A DNA stretch of 64,000 bases, from assembly GCA_045539315.1 (NCBI GenBank), contig JAZQFC010000037.1, forward strand, positions 90,534-154,533, in the 5' to 3' direction. This document shows, one piece after another, positions 18,616 to 28,182 of this stretch (the first letter of the stretch is position 1; each line of letters opens with the position of its first letter). This DNA is from Acutalibacteraceae bacterium (GTDB taxonomy: Bacteria > Bacillota > Clostridia > Oscillospirales > Acutalibacteraceae). The position numbers and the translations under genes are program-made. The notes below the pieces were generated by a model. It searched no databases, had not been told where the DNA came from, and worked only from the letters and a program-made list of their open reading frames with translations.

Positions 18616-20073
18616 TTATCTATTTTTGAGTTTAACTAAAAATTTCTTCACCATATCTAAAACATACATAAATGCTTCGAGTTTAAATAACCAAGATACT
18701 CCGATATAAACAATCGCACCTGTTAGCACTTGTAGTGCTAATAATGCTATTGTCGGAAGCGGAATGTATTGCATAAAATACACAACAGCCGCCATAAACA
18801 CAGATACGATAAGGCTCGGAGCAATGTCTTTTAACTGCTCAAAATATGAGTATCCTAGCAACTTTTTGTTTGGGAAAGCATTGATAAAACTACTTGCAAA
18901 AGTACCAATTAACATACCTATTGCAATTGCTTTTACACCATAGAAGAAAGTGATTCCTAAGATTGCGAGTCCAACAACCTTTTTCACAATTTCAAGAATT
19001 AAGAATATATCACTTCTACCTACCGCTTTTATTGCGTTTAAGTTAGCAGTATGAATAGGATAGAATGCATAAGAAACGCAGAAAATTCTAAGATATATTG
19101 AGCAGTCCGCAATATCCCATTTTTCACCCAATAGTAATTCAAGTAGTGGAAATGCTATTGCCGCAAGACCCATCATCATAGGCCAAAGCACACACGAACT
19201 GGTTTTTATCGAACGACGAGTCATAGACTTAATCTTTTTAACATCGTCTTGCTCTTGACTTAACGCCGGGAATAAAACTCCATCAATAGAAGCATTTAAA
19301 TTTGATGCTATAATTTTTGGAATTTTTTGACCTTGGTCATATCGTCCTAAATCCGCACTGTCATATTTTGTGCCGATAAGAATTGTTCTGCACTCATTAT
19401 AAAGTCTATCAATCAAAGATGAACAGAACAATTTCCATCCATAAGAAAATAATCCACCAAGTCTTTTAAAAGAAAATGCCCAAACCGGTTTCCATTTCAC
19501 AGTAAACCACATAATCAAAGTGCTAAGTAAAGTGTTTAAAAGCCTTTGTGCAACTAACGCCCAAATTCCAAAGCCCATATATGCCATAACGACGCCGGCA
19601 ACACCGGAAATTATGATAGCAGGCATCGCCGAATAAAAGAATTTTTTAAACTGTAGTTTCTTAGAAATATAAGATACCTGAATATTTTTTAATCCAGAAA
19701 CAACAAGCGTCAACCCAAGCACTCGAATATATGAGGACAAACCTTCGTATTTACCCTCTAAATGCGGTGCTACAAAAAACAACGCAGCATACAAAACTGC
19801 ACAAACAACTATATTAAAATAAAATACTGTTGAAAAATCTATATCATCAGCATTCTTTTTTTGAATAAGTGCATTGCCCATACCACTATCAATAAACACT
19901 TGAAGTATCTCAGTAAAAGCAAGAATAAGCGCAACTGTACCAAGTGCATCTTCGCCAAGCTTTCTGGCTAAAACAATATTTACTATAAACGAAATACCTT
20001 GTAACCCAAATCTTTCGCCTAAACGCCAGAAAAAGCCTGCAAGCGTTTTTTGTTTTAAATTACTTTCTGCCAT
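18616..20073 (-). CDS. wzx: Wzx-type polysaccharide flippase (MOP superfamily)
   Basis: 485 aa, about 12-14 TM helices. The N-terminus (FWRLGERFGLQGISFIVNIVLARKL) is typical of Polysacc_synt flippases. Confidence 0.82.
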   Translation of the reverse strand: MAESNLKQKTLAGFFWRLGERFGLQGISFIVNIVLARKLGEDALGTVALILAFTEILQVFIDSGMGNALIQKKNADDIDFSTVFYFNIVVCAVLYAALFFVAPHLEGKYEGLSSYIRVLGLTLVVSGLKNIQVSYISKKLQFKKFFYSAMPAIIISGVAGVVMAYMGFGIWALVAQRLLNTLLSTLIMWFTVKWKPVWAFSFKRLGGLFSYGWKLFCSSLIDRLYNECRTILIGTKYDSADLGRYDQGQKIPKIIASNLNASIDGVLFPALSQEQDDVKKIKSMTRRSIKTSSCVLWPMMMGLAAIAFPLLELLLGEKWDIADCSIYLRIFCVSYAFYPIHTANLNAIKAVGRSDIFLILEIVKKVVGLAILGITFFYGVKAIAIGMLIGTFASSFINAFPNKKLLGYSYFEQLKDIAPSLIVSVFMAAVVYFMQYIPLPTIALLALQVLTGAIVYIGVSWLFKLEAFMYVLDMVKKFLVKLKNR

Positions 20074-20082
20074 TTAATAACC

Positions 20083-21300
20083 TCATTTAATCTTTAACTT
20101 TGCTTGCTTTATGAATTTAACGAGTTTCATTCCACCTATTTGATATACACTTGCAGATAACTTTTCTTTTTTTGACAAACAAAAGTTGTCAAATCCGTAA
20201 AACTCATCTGACTTAGATGAATTCTCTATAAACTCAAAATGGTGTTTATACTCTTTTAAATAGTCAGTTGTGCCTTCATCTGTGCGCTCATTTTTACTCA
20301 AAAAGTCGCCATATAAAATCGATTCTAAATATTCATTTATAGTTATATCTACAGGCTCTACCCTTTCAAGTTTAACCAATGTATCGTAGCCGTAAACTCC
20401 GATTGCTTCATTATCATATACATCAACTGAAATTGTTGGCACACATTCTAAATATGGAGGTTTCACACAACCTGCTCCTGCGATGCACACATTCATAAGT
20501 TTAAGCATTTTTCTAGGTATAGGAAACTGCTCACCAACAATAATTATCTCAACATTTGAATAGTTTTTAACATAATTTTTTATCGCTTTTTCAGGCTTTT
20601 TTCTTATACCACCGATACAAAATAAAATAAATTGTTCTGTCTTATGATACTGCGCAAAATCGCAAATTTTTTTCACGCTTTCAAAAACATAAGATTTATA
20701 ACCTCTGCCAATTAAACCTATTACCTTTTTGCCATTACATTTTTCTATATATTCCTCTGGGATTTCAACATCTTCAACAGGATTTCCTAATGCCGGTTTC
20801 AAGTGATAACACTCTTTATTTTCATCAAAAAGTTTTTGCATTCCCTTTTTTGAAATACAAGCAACTTCTTTGCGATTATATTTAAACTTCAAACAATCAA
20901 AAACGCTTTTTGAAAGTCCATCAAAATTTTCACCTAACAAGTAAACAATATGCTTTGCGCCTATTCGTTTTGCTAGTAATTCTCCCCATACTGCAAGGCA
21001 AGGTGTATGGCTTTCAATTATAATTTCATCGTTCTTGTTGTAATCAATTTCTTTGCAAATCCAATTTAATATATTGTCCACTCTTTTTAAAGAAAAGCAA
21101 TAAGGGTTTAAAGATAATTCTTCTAGAATCAAATCTGCATATTTTTTTAAAGGTTCTATTTCAATTTTTCCGTGTTTAGTAGAAAAAACATATGTATCAA
21201 ATCCTTGAGATTTACAATACTCTGACTTGTTTTTACAGTATATTTGACCGCCACCAACGGTATAAATAAAACTCGTTAATAAAATATACTTTTTACTCAT
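20083..21300 (-). CDS. Uncharacterised protein, possible divergent GT-B glycosyltransferase (tandem paralog B)
   Basis: 405 aa, about half identical by eye to the neighbour 21312-22541. Shared blocks: MSKKY, VGGGQIYCKNK, YCKSQGFDTY, IIESHT, AKHIVYLL, FPIP.KML.LM.VC.A.AGCV.PPY. Confidence 0.55.
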   Translation of the reverse strand: MSKKYILLTSFIYTVGGGQIYCKNKSEYCKSQGFDTYVFSTKHGKIEIEPLKKYADLILEELSLNPYCFSLKRVDNILNWICKEIDYNKNDEIIIESHTPCLAVWGELLAKRIGAKHIVYLLGENFDGLSKSVFDCLKFKYNRKEVACISKKGMQKLFDENKECYHLKPALGNPVEDVEIPEEYIEKCNGKKVIGLIGRGYKSYVFESVKKICDFAQYHKTEQFILFCIGGIRKKPEKAIKNYVKNYSNVEIIIVGEQFPIPRKMLKLMNVCIAGAGCVKPPYLECVPTISVDVYDNEAIGVYGYDTLVKLERVEPVDITINEYLESILYGDFLSKNERTDEGTTDYLKEYKHHFEFIENSSKSDEFYGFDNFCLSKKEKLSASVYQIGGMKLVKFIKQAKLKIK

Positions 21301-21311
21301 TGCTTCCCTTT

Positions 21312-22541
21312 CTAATGTTTTCTTCTTAATTTTCTAATCCATCTAATTAGTTTTACACCGCCGATTTTACTAAGAAGTGACCATATTTTTTCTTTTTTTG
21401 TTAGAACAACATTGTTAAATTCATAATATTCCTTTTGTTTTGAAGAATCTTCAATAAACTTAAAATGAACATCATAGGCCTTATCAAAATCAATCGGCTC
21501 TGGCGCTGTAAATTCATTTTCTTTTATAAAATTACCATAAATAATTTCTTCAAGATAATAATTTTTCGGTTTGTTTAATTCTTTTTTTCTCGATAAAGTT
21601 GCAAATGTATCATAACCCATTACACCGATTGGTTTATTATCATAAACATCCATCGTAATAGTAGGAATACCTTCGTAATAAGGTGGTCTTACACAACCTG
21701 CTGCCGCAAAACAAACATCCATAAGATGGAGCATTTTTTTAGGAATTGGGAATTGGTTATCTGTAAATACCAACTCCACATTTACACAGTTTTTAGCACA
21801 TTTTTGTTGTTTTTGATAAAAACCATCTACAATACTTCCTATAACAAGCAAAACAAACTTGTCTTCTTTATGTTTATTGGCGAAGTCACAAGCATCTTTA
21901 ACAGCTTGGTAAACATAATTTTTACCACCTCTACCAATAATACCGATTACCTTTTTATTTTTGCATTTTTCTATGTATTCATCTGGGATTTCAATATCCT
22001 CAACAGGTACACCAAGTGTCGCTTTTAAAAAGAAGCACTCTTCTTCTAAAAGTTTTTTATAAGGAGCAAACATTTTTTGCATTGCAATTTTATCTATACA
22101 AGCAAGTTCTTTTCGACTATATTTGAAATCTAAAAATTTAAAAACATAGTCTGAAAGTTCATCAAAACTTTCAGTTAACAAATAAACAATATGCTTTGCT
22201 TTTATTCTTTTTGCTACCATTTCACCCCAAAGCGCAAGTTCTTCCGTGTGACTCTCAATTATAACTTCATCATCTTCACAATAATTTATTCCTTTTAAAA
22301 TCTTTTCTATTGTTTTTTCTGTTGTTCTTTCATTAAAAATCGTTGGGAAAAAATCTAATGCTTTAATAATTAACGACGAAAATTTTTCTAAATCTTTTAT
22401 AATTATTTTTCCGTTATAAGGTGAAAAAATATATGTATCAAAACCTTGAGATTTACAATATTTAATTTTGTTTTTGCAATAAATCTGGCCACCGCCAACA
22501 TTGGTTATTCCGCATGTTAAAATGACATATTTTTTGCTCAT
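21312..22541 (-). CDS. Uncharacterised protein, possible divergent GT-B glycosyltransferase (tandem paralog A)
   Basis: 409 aa, tandem duplicate of 20083-21300 separated by 11 nt. No E-x7-E motif recognised. Confidence 0.55.
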   Translation of the reverse strand: MSKKYVILTCGITNVGGGQIYCKNKIKYCKSQGFDTYIFSPYNGKIIIKDLEKFSSLIIKALDFFPTIFNERTTEKTIEKILKGINYCEDDEVIIESHTEELALWGEMVAKRIKAKHIVYLLTESFDELSDYVFKFLDFKYSRKELACIDKIAMQKMFAPYKKLLEEECFFLKATLGVPVEDIEIPDEYIEKCKNKKVIGIIGRGGKNYVYQAVKDACDFANKHKEDKFVLLVIGSIVDGFYQKQQKCAKNCVNVELVFTDNQFPIPKKMLHLMDVCFAAAGCVRPPYYEGIPTITMDVYDNKPIGVMGYDTFATLSRKKELNKPKNYYLEEIIYGNFIKENEFTAPEPIDFDKAYDVHFKFIEDSSKQKEYYEFNNVVLTKKEKIWSLLSKIGGVKLIRWIRKLRRKH

Positions 22542-22566
22542 TTTTACCCCTTCGTTTTTATTGCTT

Positions 22567-23469
22567 TTATTTACTTAAATCAAGCATTTCACCAAGTTTT
22601 AAGTTCCATTCATCCGGCTCAAATTCTTTAAAGCCACAAGCAGGATAGAATGTGATTTCACCAAAATAAAGTTTACCTTCAACCTCATAAAAATCGATTC
22701 TTGAAAACTTTTTGCCTTCTGATAAAACTTTCGCAATTTCAATCATTTTTTCAAAATTCTTTGGTTTTTCAGGTGTTATTTTCGCGTTTTTACAACCTTT
22801 TCTTTTTAATTCTAAATGGTTCCAGTTAAGGTCAAAAAAATCGATGCAAAGGTCGCCTTTTTCTCTATCAGTACAAGTATGAAGCATTTTAACTTCGCCA
22901 TTAAAGCAGAAAAATTTATAATCAATTAATTCAGTACCTAAAAACTTTTCTGCAATAATAAGTGGTTTTACATTTTTATATGGCCATTCTCTTCCATGAT
23001 AGAAAAAATTAATTTTCAAATTTTTATTTAAAAACTTTTTAGTTTTAATTCTATCTAGTTTTGACTTGTCATCACAAACTATAAAGCCGCCACTATTATG
23101 ATTACACTTTAACACAAACTTTTCTGGCAAACTATCAAAATCAATATCATCAAAGTTTTCCCAAACACCGAGTGTTGGAATTGTGTATTCTTCACCAACT
23201 TTTTCTGATACGAAATCTTTTACTTTTAATTTATCAACAAGTTCTGTGTACAAAGGGTTTCTATCATAAAGTTTTAGCCATTGTAATTTTGCTTCAAAAG
23301 TTTTTGGATTGTCAAGGTCTAATTCTCTTTTAAAAGCATACTTATATCTTTTTTTCAAGTATTTTTCATCATCAATTCTTTTGACAAACCAAAAACGGCT
23401 TAGAACTGTTAATCTATATTCAGAATCAAATATTAATCTTAAATACTTATTCATTTTATATACAACCAC
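22567..23469 (-). CDS. TupA-like ATP-grasp amidoligase family protein (copy 2)
   Basis: 300 aa. Blocks NPKTFEAKLQWLKLYDRNP, IPTLGVWENFDDIDFDSLPEKFVLKCNHNSGG, REWPYKNVKPLIIAEKF and YKFFCFNG match the teichuronopeptide TupA-type family. Start is GTG at 23469 or ATG at 23454. Confidence 0.8.
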   Translation of the reverse strand: MVVYKMNKYLRLIFDSEYRLTVLSRFWFVKRIDDEKYLKKRYKYAFKRELDLDNPKTFEAKLQWLKLYDRNPLYTELVDKLKVKDFVSEKVGEEYTIPTLGVWENFDDIDFDSLPEKFVLKCNHNSGGFIVCDDKSKLDRIKTKKFLNKNLKINFFYHGREWPYKNVKPLIIAEKFLGTELIDYKFFCFNGEVKMLHTCTDREKGDLCIDFFDLNWNHLELKRKGCKNAKITPEKPKNFEKMIEIAKVLSEGKKFSRIDFYEVEGKLYFGEITFYPACGFKEFEPDEWNLKLGEMLDLSK

Positions 23470-23488
23470 ATCATATTAATATTTCAAA

Positions 23489-24904
23489 CTAATCAATATC
23501 TGGTATAATACCAAATTGTTCTTTGTATTTTAACTTACAGAAAAGTGCAAATATAATTCCAAGCAATGTCCAACTGCCGACTATTGCAAATTCTACCGGT
23601 GCAAGCGCAGTTGCTGATTTAGGAATCAGATACATAACTACCAATAAACCTGATAATGCAACTGCCAAAGCCCCAACTAATTTATAATGTTTTATTTTAT
23701 AAGGCCTTTCGAGTTCTGGTTCTTTCTTACGCAATATCAAAAACGATATTGATACTATGCAGTATGCTACACAACACGCAAAACTCGCCGCGTTTGAAAT
23801 CCAAACAAGCATTTGTCTGCCAAAGAACACCGAAACAATAGATAGTATTCCGATAAGAATAATAGCAGTTGTTGGGGTTTTTCTTTTTTGATTAAGTTTT
23901 GAAAAAAATGCAGGAATCATTTTTGCCTCACCCATAGCATAAATAACACGACTACCACCGATTAAAAATGAGTTCCAACTTGTAATGATGCCACACATAC
24001 CTCCAATTATGAGTACCTTTGACATAATACTGCTATTAAACGCCTTTGACATTGCATCAGCAGTTACAAGACTAGCGCCTTGGGTAGAATTAGCAATATC
24101 GTTCGAGTTAAGAACCAATCCCACAGCGAGCACAACCAAAGCATAAAAAGCAACTGCTAAAACTATTGATAACAACAACAATTTTCCTACTTTTTTAAGT
24201 GGTATATTAATTTCTTCCGCAACCTGTGGAATCACATCAAATCCGAGTAAGAAAAAAGGTGTTACAACTGCGATTGCAAGAATATTTTTAAATGAATCAA
24301 ATCCAGTGCTACCTACAAACGCTTGTCCTTCAAGGTTTTTAATATCACCAGTGAAAAGCGATGCCACAACAAGTAAAATCCCAACAATAGCAATTACAAC
24401 AGTTAAAACCGTTTGAACAATTGCAGCAATTTTTACTCCTCGCATATTTATCCAAGTAATAATTACAGCAAAAATTATTGCAGTTACAAGCCAAGTAGCA
24501 TAAATATCAAATCCTGCGACAGAATATAAATAACCTTGTAAAAACGGTGGATAAATATATTGAATAATTGTAGGCAAAGCACATGCTTCAAAGCAAACAA
24601 CTCCTACATAACTCAATACCAATGCCCACGAGCAAATAAATGAACCTGCAGGTCCTAATGCTCTAAAACTAAAAACATGTTCACCACCGCACTGTGGTAA
24701 TGCAGTTGTAAGTTCCGCATAAGTAAGACCAACAAAAAATATCATAAGACCGCCAATTAAAAACGAAATAACTGTTCCCAAAACACCCGCAGTTTGAATC
24801 CAGTTGCCTGATGATACTACCCAGCCCCAACCAATCATAGCACCAAATGCCGTTACAATAATATCGCCAGAACCAAGTACCTTTGAAAATTTCGATTTAG
24901 CCAT
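23489..24904 (-). CDS. APC-superfamily amino-acid (or amine) permease
   Basis: 471 aa, 12 predicted TM helices. N-terminal GAMIGWGW block and an AELTTALPQCGGEHVF motif typical of APC permeases. The ATG directly abuts the TAA of the upstream gene, and an AAAGGAG RBS sits inside that gene. Confidence 0.85.
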   Translation of the reverse strand: MAKSKFSKVLGSGDIIVTAFGAMIGWGWVVSSGNWIQTAGVLGTVISFLIGGLMIFFVGLTYAELTTALPQCGGEHVFSFRALGPAGSFICSWALVLSYVGVVCFEACALPTIIQYIYPPFLQGYLYSVAGFDIYATWLVTAIIFAVIITWINMRGVKIAAIVQTVLTVVIAIVGILLVVASLFTGDIKNLEGQAFVGSTGFDSFKNILAIAVVTPFFLLGFDVIPQVAEEINIPLKKVGKLLLLSIVLAVAFYALVVLAVGLVLNSNDIANSTQGASLVTADAMSKAFNSSIMSKVLIIGGMCGIITSWNSFLIGGSRVIYAMGEAKMIPAFFSKLNQKRKTPTTAIILIGILSIVSVFFGRQMLVWISNAASFACCVAYCIVSISFLILRKKEPELERPYKIKHYKLVGALAVALSGLLVVMYLIPKSATALAPVEFAIVGSWTLLGIIFALFCKLKYKEQFGIIPDID

Positions 24905-25825
24905 TTATTTTTCTCCTTTATTATTTGGTAATTGAAGCCAACTGCCAAATCTATAATCCCATTCTTCAGGTTCATAAGGTTCAAAGCCGGAATTATGAAA
25001 GAATGTCATCTCACCAAAATAAATCTTACCATCTACCAAATATGTATCAAATCTCACATGTGGTATATCTTTTGCAAATTTTTCTGCAATTTCAATTAAT
25101 TTATCAAGTTCTTTTGGTTTTCTTAATTCAGTTTTAGAATGTGGAAATAATACTTTTACATCAATTCTGTTGAAATCTACATCCAAGAAATCATTAGTTC
25201 TTTGATTCTCTCCAAGTCCATGTGCATCGCCTTTACACACTAAAATGCACTTAACCTTACCATTGAAACAGAAAAACTTATACTCTGCACACTCAGGACC
25301 ATTTAACTTTACAAATTTTTCAGCTATAATTCGAGGTTTAACATTTTTGTAAGGCCATTCTCTACCGTGCTTGTAATAATTAATTCTAAGAGTCTTGTTA
25401 ATTTTCTTTCTAGCTTTTTTCAAATCCAATTTAGATTTATCCTTGCATATAATTAAACCACCACTATCGTGAGTGCACTTTAACACAAACTGATTTGGCA
25501 AAGCATCAAAATCTATATCATCAAAATTATCCCATACCCCAAGTGTTGGAATTATATATTCTTCACCGATTAAATCAGACACATACTTTTTAGCTTCATA
25601 TTTATCAACCATGGTTGTATAAATATCTTTTCTATTATAAAGTTTTAACCATTGAAGTTTCTCATTAAATGTTTTAGGGTTATCAAGATTTAATTTGTTA
25701 CCTATTCTAAGTTTATAGAATAGTTTTAAATATATTTTATCTGGTAAAAAATTAAACAATCCCTTAGATTCTAAATAAAATAAAACTAATTTAGGATTCT
25801 TTATTATCTTCAAAAATCGTTTCAC
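24905..25825 (-). CDS. TupA-like ATP-grasp amidoligase family protein (copy 1)
   Basis: 306 aa with NPKTFNEKLQWLKLYNRKD, IPTLGVWDNFDDIDFDALPNQFVLKCTHDSGG, REWPYKNVKPRIIAEKF and YKFFCFNG. Overlaps the wzy stop by 35 nt. Confidence 0.8.
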   Translation of the reverse strand: MKRFLKIIKNPKLVLFYLESKGLFNFLPDKIYLKLFYKLRIGNKLNLDNPKTFNEKLQWLKLYNRKDIYTTMVDKYEAKKYVSDLIGEEYIIPTLGVWDNFDDIDFDALPNQFVLKCTHDSGGLIICKDKSKLDLKKARKKINKTLRINYYKHGREWPYKNVKPRIIAEKFVKLNGPECAEYKFFCFNGKVKCILVCKGDAHGLGENQRTNDFLDVDFNRIDVKVLFPHSKTELRKPKELDKLIEIAEKFAKDIPHVRFDTYLVDGKIYFGEMTFFHNSGFEPYEPEEWDYRFGSWLQLPNNKGEK

Positions 25826-27107
25826 TTTTTATCTCCTTATTATCTTTGTTAAGCTTATAATACATAAAGGCGGAAATGAAAAATGGATAATACATTTCCA
25901 TACAATAATACATACTATATGATGTTGTTGCAAAAGTAAAAATCATAAAAACTACCAAAACCAAACCTAGTTGTTGCTTGTTTTTTAAATAGCATTTTAA
26001 CAACCCAAAGGCAAACGAAATTAATGGCACATAATATATTGCAGTTCCAACAAGCCCTAAAGTTGATAACAGTTCTAATAAGTTATTATGAGAATAAGCA
26101 ATATGTGAACTTCCTATTTCTCTCATATACTGCGCGAAATTATTACACCCGTAACCAAGAATAGGATGCTGTTTGAAAAGTTCTATCGCTTTTTCAGCAA
26201 AAAAAGCTCTTTCATTCATACTAGAATCTGCTTCTGTCCCTAAAAAAGTATTAAGCATAGATTCAAATCGAAATCCGATTACATTATAAAAAAATTCTAC
26301 ATTCATCATAACATACCACAATACTATCAATGGTATCGCTATAACTAATATCAAAACAATTTTTTTAGTTAAATCTTCTTTTAAATTTTGTCTAGTGACT
26401 TTTCTGCGTTGCTTATATAAAATAATATAAGCAGACACACATAATAGTATCATACCGATTGATTTTCTAGACCCTGTAAGCAAAACAAGTATAGACAAAC
26501 CAATAGCTGAAATCATATAAAACCATTTTAGATTTTTAACAGTAGTGAAAAAATATACACTAATCAACACACCTACTGCAAGACGGAACCCTATATCATT
26601 AGCATGTAAACCTGTCGCATTACCAATACGCTCAGTTCCAAATTCCTCTGCAGGTGTTACAATTAAAATATACACACCAAGGTAAAGGAAGGACAAGTGT
26701 ATTAATTTAAACAACTTGTTTATATCTTCATTAGACTTTAATTGTTGTGAAAGACCTAATGCAACTGCAAATATCTGAATAAATGTATTTGAGTATAACA
26801 TTACATCGCTTTGATTTCGAGCCCACATATACGACAAATAACAATAACCAAAAAAAGCAAACAACCAAAGTATATAGTAATTTATTGTTAATCGTTCTTT
26901 ATTAATTAGAAAGCTTAGTGCCACAGATCCTACATACAACACAAATGTTATTCGAATGAAAAGTGCATCAAATCCCTCTCCTGACTGATGCGCAGAAGTT
27001 GCACACAAATATAAAAACAAACAAAAATTCATTAACTTTTCTATACTAAGCAACATGTTTTCATTTGTTTTCGCAATGTCACTTTTTGAAACAATAATTT
27101 TTCCCAC
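25791..27107 (-). CDS. wzy: O-antigen polymerase/ligase-like (Wzy family) membrane protein
   Basis: 438 aa and polytopic. The extracytoplasmic loop HPILGYGCNNFAQYM...YSHNNLLELLSTLGLVG is typical of the Wzy_C domain. GTG start with a GGAGG RBS. Confidence 0.78.
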   Translation of the reverse strand: MGKIIVSKSDIAKTNENMLLSIEKLMNFCLFLYLCATSAHQSGEGFDALFIRITFVLYVGSVALSFLINKERLTINYYILWLFAFFGYCYLSYMWARNQSDVMLYSNTFIQIFAVALGLSQQLKSNEDINKLFKLIHLSFLYLGVYILIVTPAEEFGTERIGNATGLHANDIGFRLAVGVLISVYFFTTVKNLKWFYMISAIGLSILVLLTGSRKSIGMILLCVSAYIILYKQRRKVTRQNLKEDLTKKIVLILVIAIPLIVLWYVMMNVEFFYNVIGFRFESMLNTFLGTEADSSMNERAFFAEKAIELFKQHPILGYGCNNFAQYMREIGSSHIAYSHNNLLELLSTLGLVGTAIYYVPLISFAFGLLKCYLKNKQQLGLVLVVFMIFTFATTSYSMYYCMEMYYPFFISAFMYYKLNKDNKEIKSETIFEDNKES

Positions 27108-27108
27108 A

Positions 27109-28179
27109 TTAACCTCCGATATTTTCTAGTAATCGACTTGCGATTACTTCTGCCGAATAGTTCTCTTTTACAAATTCCCTTCCACTATTAGCTATTTTTT
27201 CTTTATCTAATTGAAATAACATTTTTTCAATTGCCCCGGACATAGCATCTGAATCATTTACAGGTACTAACAAGCCATTCTCTCCGTCAATAATCAAATC
27301 TGACGGACCTGTTGGACAGTCAGTTGAAACGCAAGGCACGCCTGCTGCCATTGCTTCCATCAAAGAGTTTGGCATTCCTTCATAATCCGATGACAAAACA
27401 TACAAATCAATCGATTCAAACATAGATTTCATATCATTTGTTCTGCCCATCAAATTTACACATTCATCTAAGCCTTTATCAGTTATATATTTTTCTAACT
27501 GTTCTTTTAACTCTCCATCGCCAAAAATCTCAAGCACTATCTTTTTATGATTTTGAAAAACTTTCTCGAATGCATCAATAAGCATAAAAAAGTTCTTTTG
27601 AGAATTAAGTCTTCCTGCCGACGCAATTACCAATTTTTCATTATCTTTTTGACTTTTACAGTCGAACAAATCGCCTCTTACCGGATTTGGTAAAACAAAA
27701 ATTTTCTTTTGAGTTTTCTCGTCAAAATAACTCTTTTGATTCTCATTTTGAACAAAAGTTTTAAATGAAAATTTTATAAATAAGTCACGCAAAAATCTAT
27801 GTAATTTGCCTTCAGGTAAAGTTCTTGGGTCATTTCTTACAGTTTGAATTATTTTATGTTTTGTACCAAATAATGCAACACAAGTCTGAATACAAACATG
27901 CGATAAAAATGGAACAACAAAATCAGGTTTTTCAACTTTTGCGACTTTACGAATTTTTGAAAGTCTTTCAAAATAATTCATACTATCATAAGCCTCTTCA
28001 AAACCGTCAGAAAGATATATTTTTTTAACACTCTCTGACATTTCATATTCATTTTCTGTTTTAAAATAAACAAGCACGCTTGCTTCGTGTCCCATTTCTA
28101 CCAAAGCGCTTGCAAGAACAGATACAACTCTTTCTGCTCCACCTTTTGATAAAGATGGAATTACAAATAAAAACTTCAT
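27109..28179 (-). CDS. Glycosyltransferase family 4 (GT-B)
   Basis: 356 aa with GGAERV at the N-terminus and E-x7-E region EGMPNSLMEAMAAGVPCVSTD. Confidence 0.88.
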   Translation of the reverse strand: MKFLFVIPSLSKGGAERVVSVLASALVEMGHEASVLVYFKTENEYEMSESVKKIYLSDGFEEAYDSMNYFERLSKIRKVAKVEKPDFVVPFLSHVCIQTCVALFGTKHKIIQTVRNDPRTLPEGKLHRFLRDLFIKFSFKTFVQNENQKSYFDEKTQKKIFVLPNPVRGDLFDCKSQKDNEKLVIASAGRLNSQKNFFMLIDAFEKVFQNHKKIVLEIFGDGELKEQLEKYITDKGLDECVNLMGRTNDMKSMFESIDLYVLSSDYEGMPNSLMEAMAAGVPCVSTDCPTGPSDLIIDGENGLLVPVNDSDAMSGAIEKMLFQLDKEKIANSGREFVKENYSAEVIASRLLENIGG

Positions 28180-28182
28180 TAA

